Shown here in pieces: positions 26,815 to 35,166 of a stretch of DNA of 47,511 bases (within the stretch, counting starts at the first letter, position 1; each line of letters opens with the position of its first letter). Under the pieces are notes generated by a model. The model saw only the letters and a list, made by a program, of their open reading frames with translations. It was not told the origin of the DNA and did not search any database. Position numbers and translations under genes: made by a program. The stretch comes from a virus (lineage: Duplodnaviria; Caudoviricetes): positions 1 to 47,511 of the IMG/VR virus record IMGVR_UViG_3300016667_000679; one strand, written 5' to 3'.

Positions 26815-27972
26815 TCAATTCTCGTTGAACGGGGAGACCCCAAACAATTCTTCATTAAGCTTACTCCAATTTGCATTGGAAGTCAAGGACTTTCTCACAA
26901 CATTCAGAACAGCCGTTCGGCAGTCGTCGATAGAATGCTTTTCCCAAACGGCAAACACAAGACTCTTAAGAGTTCCGTAAGGATAAGACAGAGCAAAATC
27001 CTTACGAGTCATCTTCATAGAGGCATTATACTGAACGGTTATCAGATGCAGCCGCTCGATAAGAAGGTCGATAGACTCAACCACTTCAGTCTCGAACTTC
27101 TCGAGACGAACTCGATCCTGATCAGGAAGAACGGACTTGATATCGTCAAGCTTATTCTCCAGGATCAGGCTGACGATGTTACGGTCGTAAAGGATAGACT
27201 CCTTCGCCTTATGGACCGAAACATACCAATCAGCCTTAACCTTGATCATATTCCCGTCATTGAAACGGACCACCACACCTTCCTTGGTGGTGTACTGACG
27301 CACAGCCTCAACGAACGAATCAACGTTGTTAATAGGATAAGGAAAGGCATCAACTACCTCAACCCCATATCGGTTTCCTACATCAATCAGCTTGTCATGA
27401 GAATAGTACATCCCATAATTCATATCGCGCACAGCAGTAAGAACCAAACGGTCCTCAGGATAGTCGATCACGATCCGCTGCTTTCGCGAACACCACTCAA
27501 AGATAGGACACAGCTGGGAGCGGAGGAAGTTCTCCGCCAACTCAGCATATTGAGGATTCTTAGCAAGAAACTTATGAATGGTCTTAGCAACATCCGTGTC
27601 GCCCATCTTGGTTCCCCAGATAAGGCGATCGTTGATGATATAAGGTACGATCATAGACCCATCCAGTTTATCGTAAACCGTATGAGGCTGTGAGAAATCA
27701 ACGTTGCGAGAAAGGGTTTCCTCGCGTTCATTTAAATTGAAAAACTTATGATACGGACGACGAACGATATTCCCCGTAGCCTTATCAAAAATAAGACCAC
27801 GGCATTCGCGACGGATACGTCCAGTCAGGGTATCCGTCGAGGGAAAGGTTTCGTTATCAGAAACAACGTAGTTAATGATGATGTGGTCGTCGCGATCGGC
27901 AACCACAAACTCCGGACGACCCTCGATATGCGGAAGGACATCGTTGATGTTAAAGATAGTAGGGAAGTCCAT
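26815..27972 (-). CDS. rnlA: RNA ligase 1 (T4 RnlA-like)
   Basis: ECRGLIF, KFFNLNE, KLDGS (motif I), FEW, EGVVV, KVKADWY. Confidence 0.92.
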   Translation of the reverse strand: MDFPTIFNINDVLPHIEGRPEFVVADRDDHIIINYVVSDNETFPSTDTLTGRIRRECRGLIFDKATGNIVRRPYHKFFNLNEREETLSRNVDFSQPHTVYDKLDGSMIVPYIINDRLIWGTKMGDTDVAKTIHKFLAKNPQYAELAENFLRSQLCPIFEWCSRKQRIVIDYPEDRLVLTAVRDMNYGMYYSHDKLIDVGNRYGVEVVDAFPYPINNVDSFVEAVRQYTTKEGVVVRFNDGNMIKVKADWYVSVHKAKESILYDRNIVSLILENKLDDIKSVLPDQDRVRLEKFETEVVESIDLLIERLHLITVQYNASMKMTRKDFALSYPYGTLKSLVFAVWEKHSIDDCRTAVLNVVRKSLTSNANWSKLNEELFGVSPFNEN

Positions 27973-27987
27973 TGTGATTCCTTTAAG

Positions 27988-28674
27988 TTAAGCAGCCATC
28001 CGCACGAAACCAGTCGTGTCTTTCTTAGCACGACCCTTAGCCTTCAGACCAACGACCACACCACGACCGTCGAGGAAGCGGAGGTCGGTCTCGTCGCCAT
28101 TGACGACAGGAGCGCCCATGTACTCGCTCGGAAGCTCCTTGCGGAACACAACGGCAACATTAAGACCAAACGCAAGAGCCTTCTCGGCGTTGACATCGTT
28201 GTCCTCGGCGAGCGAGAACGTCAGGTGATAGTTGGCAGGGAGATCCTTGCGGTTGGCTCGCTTGGTGTAGTCGTAAAACTGCACGTCAGGGAACATCGCC
28301 ATGATGTTGGGATACTCGCCGACGGGCACTCGCTCCCAAGGAATATCGCTGGTCCCATTAAGACGGATAACAGGAATCATGTTAGCCTTCTCCGCCTTGC
28401 GGATCAGGGCAGCGATCTCCTTGGCGATCAGGAGCATAAACTTCTCCCGCTCTTCGAAGTACATCTTGGTCTTGGCGATACGAGCCGCCTGAACGTTACC
28501 GAAAGCACCACGCCCAGCCGTGTAGAGGCAAGCCTTGGTGCAACCAGCCGAACGCATGGCGCAGACCTCGTACCCAGACAGATCGGCGGGAGCGAGGTAC
28601 AGGATACCAGTCATATACCCCAGCTTCTCACCCTTGACGGTCTTGGCGTTCGTGTCGATACCGAGCAGCTTCAT
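27988..28674 (-). CDS. Gp88-like (radical-SAM-related) phage protein
   Basis: C..S.GC...CL...GRG, RLNGTSD, FYDYTK, GDETDLRFLD, VGLKAKG. Confidence 0.7.
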   Translation of the reverse strand: MKLLGIDTNAKTVKGEKLGYMTGILYLAPADLSGYEVCAMRSAGCTKACLYTAGRGAFGNVQAARIAKTKMYFEEREKFMLLIAKEIAALIRKAEKANMIPVIRLNGTSDIPWERVPVGEYPNIMAMFPDVQFYDYTKRANRKDLPANYHLTFSLAEDNDVNAEKALAFGLNVAVVFRKELPSEYMGAPVVNGDETDLRFLDGRGVVVGLKAKGRAKKDTTGFVRMAA

Positions 28675-28701
28675 CACATTCCCTTTCATCATCATATCAC
28701 T

Positions 28702-28762
28702 ATATTACCACATTCTAACCCATTTGTCAAGGATCAAAAGTTGTAATAAAATCAACGATTTA
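28702..28762 (-). promoter_or_regulatory. early sigma70 promoter with upstream IHF site
   Basis: TTGACA-17-TAATAT (28730-28702); AATCAAcgatTTA at 28750-28762. Confidence 0.8.
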
Positions 28763-28960
28763 GCGGATAGCGATACTTTCCACCTTGGCACAAACTCCCA
28801 GATCAGGGTACTCTCGCTGGGCGTAGATCATAGCACGGCGGAGGGCATCCTTGATATCCTCAGCCTTGAATTCGATACGCTCAAAATCGCCGTCCTCAAT
28901 CTCCAGAAGAACAGTATAAACTTCTCGCATGATTGCCTCCTTCAAGGTGTTACGATCCAA
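28760..28960 (-). CDS. hypothetical protein (start uncertain)
   Basis: ORF whose stop forms part of the IHF site. Confidence 0.55.
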   Translation of the reverse strand: MDRNTLKEAIMREVYTVLLEIEDGDFERIEFKAEDIKDALRRAMIYAQREYPDLGVCAKVESIAIR

Positions 28961-29063
28961 AGACCATACATAAGAGTAAGAAACAGTACAAACCCAACCG
29001 TATCAGCAAAGAGCCTCATTTCTTCCTCCTTCTATATATTGCAAACTGCCGAAAAATGTCAGG

Positions 29064-29285
29064 CTAGATGGTAGAAAGTTCATCAATAGCCTGATCAACT
29101 ATATCCATAACCTGACGATGGATCTCCAGCTTTAGGTTCGCATAAACATCGAACGAGTCATCTGAAAGGCTCGGGAGATCGATTCCCAGCCCATCCACCG
29201 CCTTGACCGCGATCAGGGTCGCGACGTGCTCGGAAACGGAATGGACCAGATCCTCACGGAACCCACGATTCATGTAACGCATCAC
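29064..29285 (-). CDS. hypothetical protein
   Basis: AGGAG RBS. Confidence 0.65.
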   Translation of the reverse strand: MMRYMNRGFREDLVHSVSEHVATLIAVKAVDGLGIDLPSLSDDSFDVYANLKLEIHRQVMDIVDQAIDELSTI

Positions 29286-29303
29286 ACAGTCTCCTTGTTT
29301 AAA

Positions 29304-29582
29304 TTAACGATAGTGCGCCTCTACGACCTGTACCAGAGCAGTCACCGTCGTCTCTAGTCCGACGATCGTCGCGACCGCACTCTTGACACGTGTCTCGTCC
29401 TCAGAATACAGGTTGTCATAGAGACGAGACATGTTATGCCCCTCCTCGTAGGCGAGGGTTCTGAACAGCTTGGTGGCGAGGTTAGCGTCCCAGCGATCCT
29501 CGTTCGCGTCGAAGAAGATCTTGGGTACCTCGATCTCCTCGGTGGTCTTGACCATCTTGGTGTACTTCACGGTAGCGGGCAT
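29304..29582 (-). CDS. hypothetical protein
   Basis: start moved to MPATVKY after GGAGG. Confidence 0.65.
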   Translation of the reverse strand: MPATVKYTKMVKTTEEIEVPKIFFDANEDRWDANLATKLFRTLAYEEGHNMSRLYDNLYSEDETRVKSAVATIVGLETTVTALVQVVEAHYR

Positions 29583-29986
29583 CACGCAGCCTCCTTCATG
29601 GTGGCGAGAGCCTCGGCGAAGAGACCCTTCTGGCTGTAAGAGAGACCGAGGCTCCAGCAGACGTAGTCCGCTCCGTAGGCGAGGTCCGTCTCGGAGAGGT
29701 CCATCCCCTGGAGGATCCAGCGGATCGCCGTGGTACGGTCGCCCGCACCAAGCGCGAGGGTCTCGGTCACCCGAGTCTCGAAACGAGCGAGGGCTTCCGC
29801 CTCGCGGCGAGCCTCCTCGTCCATGGTGCACCGAAGCTCCTCGAGGAGGTTGTCCCAGATGACCTGCTTGCGGTCGTCCGCCGCCTCGTTCCACGTCGCC
29901 CACCAACCCTCGCGAGGGCGGAAGCCACGGGCATCCTTGTGGAGGTCGGAGACGATCTGGGCGTCGAAGGTGTAGGTCGTGGTCAT
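29582..29986 (-). CDS. early hypothetical phage protein
   Basis: SDLHKDARGFRPR, AGDRTTAIRW; GAGGAG RBS; GC-rich. Confidence 0.75.
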   Translation of the reverse strand: MTTTYTFDAQIVSDLHKDARGFRPREGWWATWNEAADDRKQVIWDNLLEELRCTMDEEARREAEALARFETRVTETLALGAGDRTTAIRWILQGMDLSETDLAYGADYVCWSLGLSYSQKGLFAEALATMKEAA

Positions 29987-30018
29987 CACATCTCTCCTCA
30001 TTTCCATCTTATAGACCT

Positions 30019-30079
30019 ATTATAGGTCCATTTTCAGCAAAAGTCAAGAGCCAATTTTGTTAATAAAATCAATGATTTA
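30019..30079 (-). promoter_or_regulatory. early sigma70 promoter with upstream IHF site
   Basis: TTGACT-17-TATAAT (30047-30019); AATCAAtgatTTA at 30067-30079. Confidence 0.88.
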
Positions 30080-30313
30080 CCCAACCAGAGCGGCATAAAC
30101 CGCTCGGGCACAGTCGTAAATATTGATCTCCCTGTCTGGAGGGATCAGCCGCTCGTACTCGGCGTAAATGTCATCGAGGATCCCATGATGGGACATAAGA
30201 TCGTCTCCCACCATATTAGCCTCGACCAGTTCTCGGAGGCGGCTGGGGAGGATCTGCATGGCGAATGGGACTCGCATGTCGTTCTGAGCCTTCATGGCAT
30301 TAACAATAGACAT
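30077..30313 (-). CDS. hypothetical protein
   Basis: coupled ORF. Confidence 0.65.
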   Translation of the reverse strand: MSIVNAMKAQNDMRVPFAMQILPSRLRELVEANMVGDDLMSHHGILDDIYAEYERLIPPDREINIYDCARAVYAALVG

Positions 30314-30648
30314 TAGACATTCTCCTCTTCTTCTTCGTCTTCATATTCAGGGAGCCGATCGTGATATCGGTTCAAACATTCGCGAACTCGATCACTATCA
30401 GCCGAGTAAAACACCCAATCGCCAAGAGTCAGGCGATACTCCTTGTCGACATACTCAAAACCACCATAGTACTGCAGGAGGCGGTCCTGATTAGCGTGGA
30501 CGACGATACCTTCTTCAGAAACGAAGAGAATGTAAGCCGAACGAGGGTCCAAACCAAACCGCTCGATCTGATTGGTCTCTTCGTACTCTTCGTTCAGCAT
30601 GTCAAGGACACGATCATTGGTGTCGTAGAAGATTTCGTTGAAACTCAT
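30313..30648 (-). CDS. acidic hypothetical phage protein
   Basis: GLDPRS, LQYYGGFEYVD; AGGAG RBS. Confidence 0.7.
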   Translation of the reverse strand: MSFNEIFYDTNDRVLDMLNEEYEETNQIERFGLDPRSAYILFVSEEGIVVHANQDRLLQYYGGFEYVDKEYRLTLGDWVFYSADSDRVRECLNRYHDRLPEYEDEEEEENV

Positions 30649-30660
30649 GGCTTTCTCCTA

Positions 30661-30858
30661 TCAAGGAACATTGACGAGATTGTCTACCTTAACACACTTA
30701 GAACCAAAGTCGGTTGCAACCTTAACCATCTGGCGTTCGAAGCAATATTCACTCTTGACGTTATCAGAATGAATTCCGTAGAACATAAAGCCGAGGAGCA
30801 CAAAAGCTACCAGAACAAGCCACCCGCCAGCAAAAAAGTTATCCCAAAATTCACGCAT
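30661..30858 (-). CDS. small membrane-anchored protein
   Basis: N-terminal hydrophobic helix, two Cys; AGGAG RBS. Confidence 0.7.
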   Translation of the reverse strand: MREFWDNFFAGGWLVLVAFVLLGFMFYGIHSDNVKSEYCFERQMVKVATDFGSKCVKVDNLVNVP

Positions 30859-30888
30859 AGGTTTTTCTCCTTATCCAACCTTGAAACC

Positions 30889-30950
30889 ATTATGAATGTT
30901 TTTTACCAAAAAGTCAACGATTAAAATTATCTAATGAAATCAATTACTTA
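30889..30950 (-). promoter_or_regulatory. early sigma70 promoter with upstream IHF site
   Basis: TTGACT-17-CATAAT (30917-30889); AATCAAttacTTA at 30938-30950. Confidence 0.82.
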
Positions 30951-30952
30951 AC

Positions 30953-30983
30953 AAAAAAGGGTGGAGGTTTCCCCCCACCCTTT
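30953..30983 (-). terminator. intrinsic terminator
   Basis: AAAGGGTGG/CCACCCTTT hairpin followed by a T run. Confidence 0.85.
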
Positions 30984-31005
30984 CAAGCTTCTTATGTTTA
31001 AGAGA

Positions 31006-31563
31006 TTAGAAGCTACGAGTCAGCGACACGCCGACAGCCTCGGTCTCGGTGGTGCCAGTGGTGTAGTAGTACCCCAGACCAACGCCGACTTCCTTGGTGA
31101 CATCAGCAGCTAGACCAACGTTGTAGCGGTTTTCGCGAAGCTGATCAGAGGAAGCGCCAAGGCGGTAACGATAACCAACCGAAGCTGATACTGGACCATA
31201 GACTCGACGGCTGACTTCAACCCCAGCACCCCAGACATTGAAGTTGTCGCCTTCGGTAAGAACTCGACCAGCTTCAACATACACAACAGGCTTGAACCCA
31301 TAAACTGTTGGGAGAGCAGGACCAACCTTACCAGTGAAAGCAGTAGCAAGATCGCCTTCATTAGAAAGCTGATTAGCCTCTAGCTCAACACCAAGGTTAA
31401 GAGCGTTAGCTACGGTGTCGTTGTACTGAAGAGCATACTCGGTAGAATCAGGACCATCGTTGCGGCTGTTACCAAATCGAGCTTCACCAGTCACTTCTCC
31501 AGCCATTGCTGCTGATGAGAAAACTGTTAGAGCCGCTGCCATAGCTAGAACAAAATTACGCAT
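31006..31563 (-). CDS. outer-membrane beta-barrel protein
   Basis: signal peptide ending AMA, alternating hydrophobic strands, C-terminal Phe. Confidence 0.8.
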   Translation of the reverse strand: MRNFVLAMAAALTVFSSAAMAGEVTGEARFGNSRNDGPDSTEYALQYNDTVANALNLGVELEANQLSNEGDLATAFTGKVGPALPTVYGFKPVVYVEAGRVLTEGDNFNVWGAGVEVSRRVYGPVSASVGYRYRLGASSDQLRENRYNVGLAADVTKEVGVGLGYYYTTGTTETEAVGVSLTRSF

Positions 31564-31590
31564 TTTTTCATATTCTCCAAATTATTGCAG

Positions 31591-31625
31591 TAAAAAGGTT
31601 GGGAGATTGACCATGACCTCCCACG
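31591..31625 (-). terminator. probable terminator after pstS
   Basis: GGGAG/CTCCC stem followed by CCTTTTT. Confidence 0.5.
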
Positions 31626-31631
31626 GGTCCA

Positions 31632-32597
31632 TTAGGGAACCACCCCAAGATCAGTTAGATCCTTCTTAACAATCAGGAATGGTAGAGGGTAGTAACCATC
31701 CTTGACTGTATCATCTTGCCCATCACGGGAAAGGATGAACTTGATAAACTCTTGCTGCAGAGGAGGTAGTGAATCAGAGGGAGACTTGTTAAGATAGACA
31801 TACATGAAGCGAGTGATTGGATATTCGCCGCTATATGCCTTTTCCTGAGTTGGAGCCACACACTTACCATCGCGACCAGAAATTTGCACAACTTTTACAT
31901 CAGCTGTCTTATAACCAATCCCAGAGTAGCCGATAGCAAACTTGTCAGCACCAACACCCTGAACAACGGCAGATGACCCTGGCTGTTCCTTCACGTTATC
32001 CTTATAGTCACCACCTGCCAGAGCAGCTTCCTTGAAGTAGCCATAAGTGCCAGAGGCAGAGTTACGACCAAACAGGGAGATAGGTTGGTTCTTGAACTGC
32101 CCTGTAAGACCAAGGTCGCCCCATGTAGCAATGTTAGAGGTGCCTGTGTTACGAGTCTTAGAGAAGATGCCGTCTAGTTCAGCAAGACTGATACAAGTTA
32201 CAGGATTGTCTTTGTGAACATAAACAGCCAGCGTATCAACTGCTACTCGAAATGCGCTTGGCTTGTAACCATACTTCTGCTCAAACGAATCTACCTCAGC
32301 ACCCTTCATTGGGCGGGACATAGGACCGAACTGCGCAGTTCCAGCGATAAGAGCAGGAGGAGCGGTAGAAGAACCCTTGCCTTCGATTTCAATTTGAACC
32401 GAAGGATACTGCTTGCGGAAGTCTTCAGCCCAAAGAGTCATAAGATTGTTTAGGCTGTCAGAACCCATAGACTTCAGGGTTCCAGATACACCAGACACAG
32501 GTTTGTATGGCTGGTATTGCTTATCTAGCTCGGCAGCATTCGCGGAGAAACTGAAAACGATTGCTGTTGTTGCTAGAAGTGTTTTAATAAAATTCAT
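31632..32597 (-). CDS. pstS: phosphate ABC transporter substrate-binding protein PstS
   Basis: signal peptide, GSDSL, GKGSST, MSR, GRNSASGTY, IGYSGIGY, YPITR. Confidence 0.93.
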   Translation of the reverse strand: MNFIKTLLATTAIVFSFSANAAELDKQYQPYKPVSGVSGTLKSMGSDSLNNLMTLWAEDFRKQYPSVQIEIEGKGSSTAPPALIAGTAQFGPMSRPMKGAEVDSFEQKYGYKPSAFRVAVDTLAVYVHKDNPVTCISLAELDGIFSKTRNTGTSNIATWGDLGLTGQFKNQPISLFGRNSASGTYGYFKEAALAGGDYKDNVKEQPGSSAVVQGVGADKFAIGYSGIGYKTADVKVVQISGRDGKCVAPTQEKAYSGEYPITRFMYVYLNKSPSDSLPPLQQEFIKFILSRDGQDDTVKDGYYPLPFLIVKKDLTDLGVVP

Positions 32598-32621
32598 TGA
32601 TTCCTCATAATTCAGTGGATT

Positions 32622-32704
32622 TGGTAGGGACGGTCGGACTCGAACCGACAAGCCGAAGCGGCAGATTTTGAGTCTGCTGAGTTTACCAATTTCTCCACGC
32701 CCCC
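32622..32704 (-). tRNA. tRNA-Leu(CAA)
   Basis: cloverleaf, GCAGA-CT-CAA-AA-TCTGC, long variable arm, encoded CCA. Confidence 0.93.
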
Positions 32705-32712
32705 ATTAACTC

Positions 32713-33255
32713 TTACGAATATGGAATATACATCGATTCCTTCAAATAGTCAAGAACTTTTTCTGGAGAAGTTTCACCGTATGGGTCGTCGGTTGCATTA
32801 TCACGACGACCTGGCTCTTCGAAAAACTTCTCGATCCTGCCGTTGTTAACAACCATAGCGTAACGCCAAGAGCGCATACCGAAACCAAGGTTGTCCTTAT
32901 CAACTAGCATGCCCATTAGACGAGTGAATGTACCAGAACCATCAGGAATCATCTTAAGATTCTTAAGACCCTGATCTTGAGCCCACTTGTTCATCACGAA
33001 TGCATCATTGACCGAGATGCAATAAACTTCATCAACACCAAGCGACTTGATTTCATCATAAGCTGCTTCAAATCCTGGAACCTGATATGTCGAACAGGTT
33101 GGAGTGAAAGCGCCAGGAAGAGAGAAAACAACAACTCGCTTTCCAGCAAAATAATCCTTGGTTGTTACATCCTGCCAGCGATAAGGGTTTGGTCCGCCGA
33201 CTGACTCGTCACGAACACGAGTCTTGAATGTGATCATAGGAACGCTGTCAATCAT
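32713..33255 (-). CDS. peroxiredoxin (Prx5-like)
   Basis: LPGAFTPTCS, SVNDAFVM, GMRSWRY. Confidence 0.93.
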   Translation of the reverse strand: MIDSVPMITFKTRVRDESVGGPNPYRWQDVTTKDYFAGKRVVVFSLPGAFTPTCSTYQVPGFEAAYDEIKSLGVDEVYCISVNDAFVMNKWAQDQGLKNLKMIPDGSGTFTRLMGMLVDKDNLGFGMRSWRYAMVVNNGRIEKFFEEPGRRDNATDDPYGETSPEKVLDYLKESMYIPYS

Positions 33256-33262
33256 AATATCC

Positions 33263-33430
33263 TCACTTATTGATAAGATCTTTTAGATCCTTGCGAAGTT
33301 CGGCTCCCTCAAAGTTTTGCATCGAGAGGTAGTGAACGAGTCGATCGTTGCTGGGATCATGTTTATATAGTTCGCGAGCAAAGTCACGAATCATAGCATA
33401 GTCCATATCAGTCTTAATATGCTTACCCAT
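33263..33430 (-). CDS. small hypothetical protein (55 aa)
   Basis: MGKHIKTDMD...; GGAG RBS. Confidence 0.6.
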   Translation of the reverse strand: MGKHIKTDMDYAMIRDFARELYKHDPSNDRLVHYLSMQNFEGAELRKDLKDLINK

Positions 33431-33452
33431 CACATTACTCCATCATTAAAAT

Positions 33453-33528
33453 TGGCGGCAGCACTGGATTCGAACCAGACCCGAATAGAAGTATGGACCC
33501 TCTACACCTGCCCATGCAGCATTCTGCC
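33453..33528 (-). tRNA. atypical tRNA-like element (possible anticodon CCA)
   Basis: canonical T arm CTGG-TTCGAAT-CCAG and 3' CCA; shrunken D loop, acceptor mismatch, loop GTCCATA. Confidence 0.5.
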
Positions 33529-33534
33529 GAAATT

Positions 33535-33627
33535 TGGTAGTCCCAGCAGGACTCGAACCTGCACCTCGCGGTAATCTGCCGCTTAACCGTGTATAAGACG
33601 GACGCTCTGCCATTGAGCTATGGGACC
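33535..33627 (-). tRNA. tRNA-Ile(UAU) with long variable arm
   Basis: CCGT-CT-TAT-AC-ACGG; extra GCGG/CCGC arm; CCA. Confidence 0.8.
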
Positions 33628-33633
33628 GTAACT

Positions 33634-33709
33634 TGGTGGGTCTTACGGGAATCGAACCCGTGTTATCGCCGTGAAAGGGCGGTGTCCTAGACCTCTAGAC
33701 GAAAGACCC
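33634..33709 (-). tRNA. tRNA-Glu(UUC)
   Basis: cloverleaf, CT-TTC-AC loop, CCA. Confidence 0.93.
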
Positions 33710-33710
33710 T

Positions 33711-33787
33711 TGGTGGTTCCGACAGGACTCGAACCTGTAACCAATCCGTTATGAGCGGATAGCTCTGACCAATTGAGCTACAGAACC
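33711..33787 (-). tRNA. tRNA-CAU (elongator Met or Ile2)
   Basis: ATCCG-CT-CAT-AA-CGGAT, CCA. Confidence 0.9.
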
Positions 33788-34263
33788 GAAATTTCATGAT
33801 CCCAAGGATTATACACAACAGCAATTCTGTTACCCATAAAAGGTTCTACTGCATGCATCAATCCTGGACCAAAGATAATCAATCTGTCTGTTTTTGGCGA
33901 TATTGATTCAGTTTCAGTTATAAATCTACCGCCAATCATATTACTAACTTCAGGATAATAAATTATCGTACAAATTGGGGTAACAAGTTTACCAGTTTCT
34001 ATTAATCGAGTTTCATCTTTATCTATATGCCACCCTTGAGGAGAACTATCAACTGCTCCCCATCTTTCATAACCAACCATATTTGAAAGATCAAAAAATC
34101 TTTGCGTAAAATTGATTAGTTCTGGCATCAAAAGATCAGTGGGGTCTAAGATATCTTTATTAAGATATTTACTCTTAAGAGTTTCTGGTTGCTTTCGATA
34201 ATATTCAGCTAACAATGAAGCAGTAGAATTACCGAAGGCATTATCCTCAATAATTATTCTCAT
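33778..34263 (-). CDS. 2OG-Fe(II) oxygenase-like protein
   Basis: WHID, GGRF, HAV and terminal R motif. Confidence 0.75.
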   Translation of the reverse strand: MRIIIEDNAFGNSTASLLAEYYRKQPETLKSKYLNKDILDPTDLLMPELINFTQRFFDLSNMVGYERWGAVDSSPQGWHIDKDETRLIETGKLVTPICTIIYYPEVSNMIGGRFITETESISPKTDRLIIFGPGLMHAVEPFMGNRIAVVYNPWDHEISVL

Positions 34264-34267
34264 AAGA

Positions 34268-34555
34268 TTACTTTTTGAATGTCAAAAGAAACTCGGCTTT
34301 ATCTTTTACCCATTGATCGAACGGTAGATGCATACCAGTCGAACCATCCCAATCTTTGAAAGCTTTATCATAAAAACCAATCTTATGATTTTGCTTTTGG
34401 AGTTCGGTCAGTTCGTCAGCCCATCGCTGCCATGTACCATCATCAACCACAGAATCATCAAGAACATAGTAAAGATAAGAATGAACTAGCATTTGAGAAC
34501 GTCGCTGTCTAATCTTTTCATTCAGCGTTTGAACTTCCATAAACTGTTCGAGCAT
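34268..34555 (-). CDS. stand-alone protein resembling the N-terminal (Ia) domain of NAD-dependent DNA ligase
   Basis: HSYLYYVLDDSVVDD..W resembles the ligase YY..D.P..D..YD motif. Confidence 0.65.
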   Translation of the reverse strand: MLEQFMEVQTLNEKIRQRRSQMLVHSYLYYVLDDSVVDDGTWQRWADELTELQKQNHKIGFYDKAFKDWDGSTGMHLPFDQWVKDKAEFLLTFKK

Positions 34556-34587
34556 CTTATCCTCGCCGCTCAATCAATCATGTACAC

Positions 34588-34616
34588 AGTATATATCATA
34601 TTTTCAAAGATGTCAA
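34588..34616 (-). promoter_or_regulatory. sigma70-type promoter
   Basis: TTGACA-17-TATACT. Confidence 0.8.
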
Positions 34617-34625
34617 GCAAAAAAT

Positions 34626-34788
34626 ACCAGTTACCACCATCTGGTTCCACTATTTCGCTGTGGAGGATTTTAGTAGGAAAGGCGAGTACGAGTCCGCGAT
34701 TTCGAGTCCACGGCGACTCATGCTCCTCATAACACCGTACTCAAGCTATGAGGCGGTGACTAGGTTCCTATCTCCTAGCCACGGACGT
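34626..34788 (-). ncRNA. unannotated structured RNA, copy 1
   Basis: diverged repeat of 37395-37558 with compensatory changes in several stems. Confidence 0.8.
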
Positions 34789-34792
34789 GATT

Positions 34793-34868
<76 letters not shown>

Positions 34869-34874
34869 ATTAAA

Positions 34875-35060
34875 TTAAAAGTCGTCTTCAATAATGCCAA
34901 TCTGACCATTAAAATGAAAACCAGCACCACGAAGCCACTCTTCTACAACATTAAAAACATCATCAAGATTAATTGTTTCTTTAGAGAGAGTTTTTTCTGT
35001 AGAGTAAGACTCTCGGCTGTTTTCGAAGTCCTGAGAATGATAAAGGCGAATCGTATCCAT
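34875..35060 (-). CDS. hypothetical protein
   Basis: GGAG RBS; WLRGAGFHFNG. Confidence 0.65.
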   Translation of the reverse strand: MDTIRLYHSQDFENSRESYSTEKTLSKETINLDDVFNVVEEWLRGAGFHFNGQIGIIEDDF

Positions 35061-35084
35061 AATTTTCTCCATAATTAAAACGAT

Positions 35085-35159
35085 TGGTAGACCGAGAGGG
35101 AATCGAACCCCCAACCTTGACCGTGTAAAGGTCCTGCTCTACCGTTGAGCCATCGGTCT
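35085..35159 (-). tRNA. tRNA-Val(UAC)
   Basis: GACC-TT-TAC-AC-GGTC, CCA. Confidence 0.9.
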
Positions 35160-35166
35160 ATTGGGT

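Noticed and set aside
26935-28746. Long plus-strand ORFs (252 and 332 aa) and other plus-strand ORFs in the window
   Set aside because: Antisense shadows of well-supported minus-strand genes, without RBS or recognisable motifs
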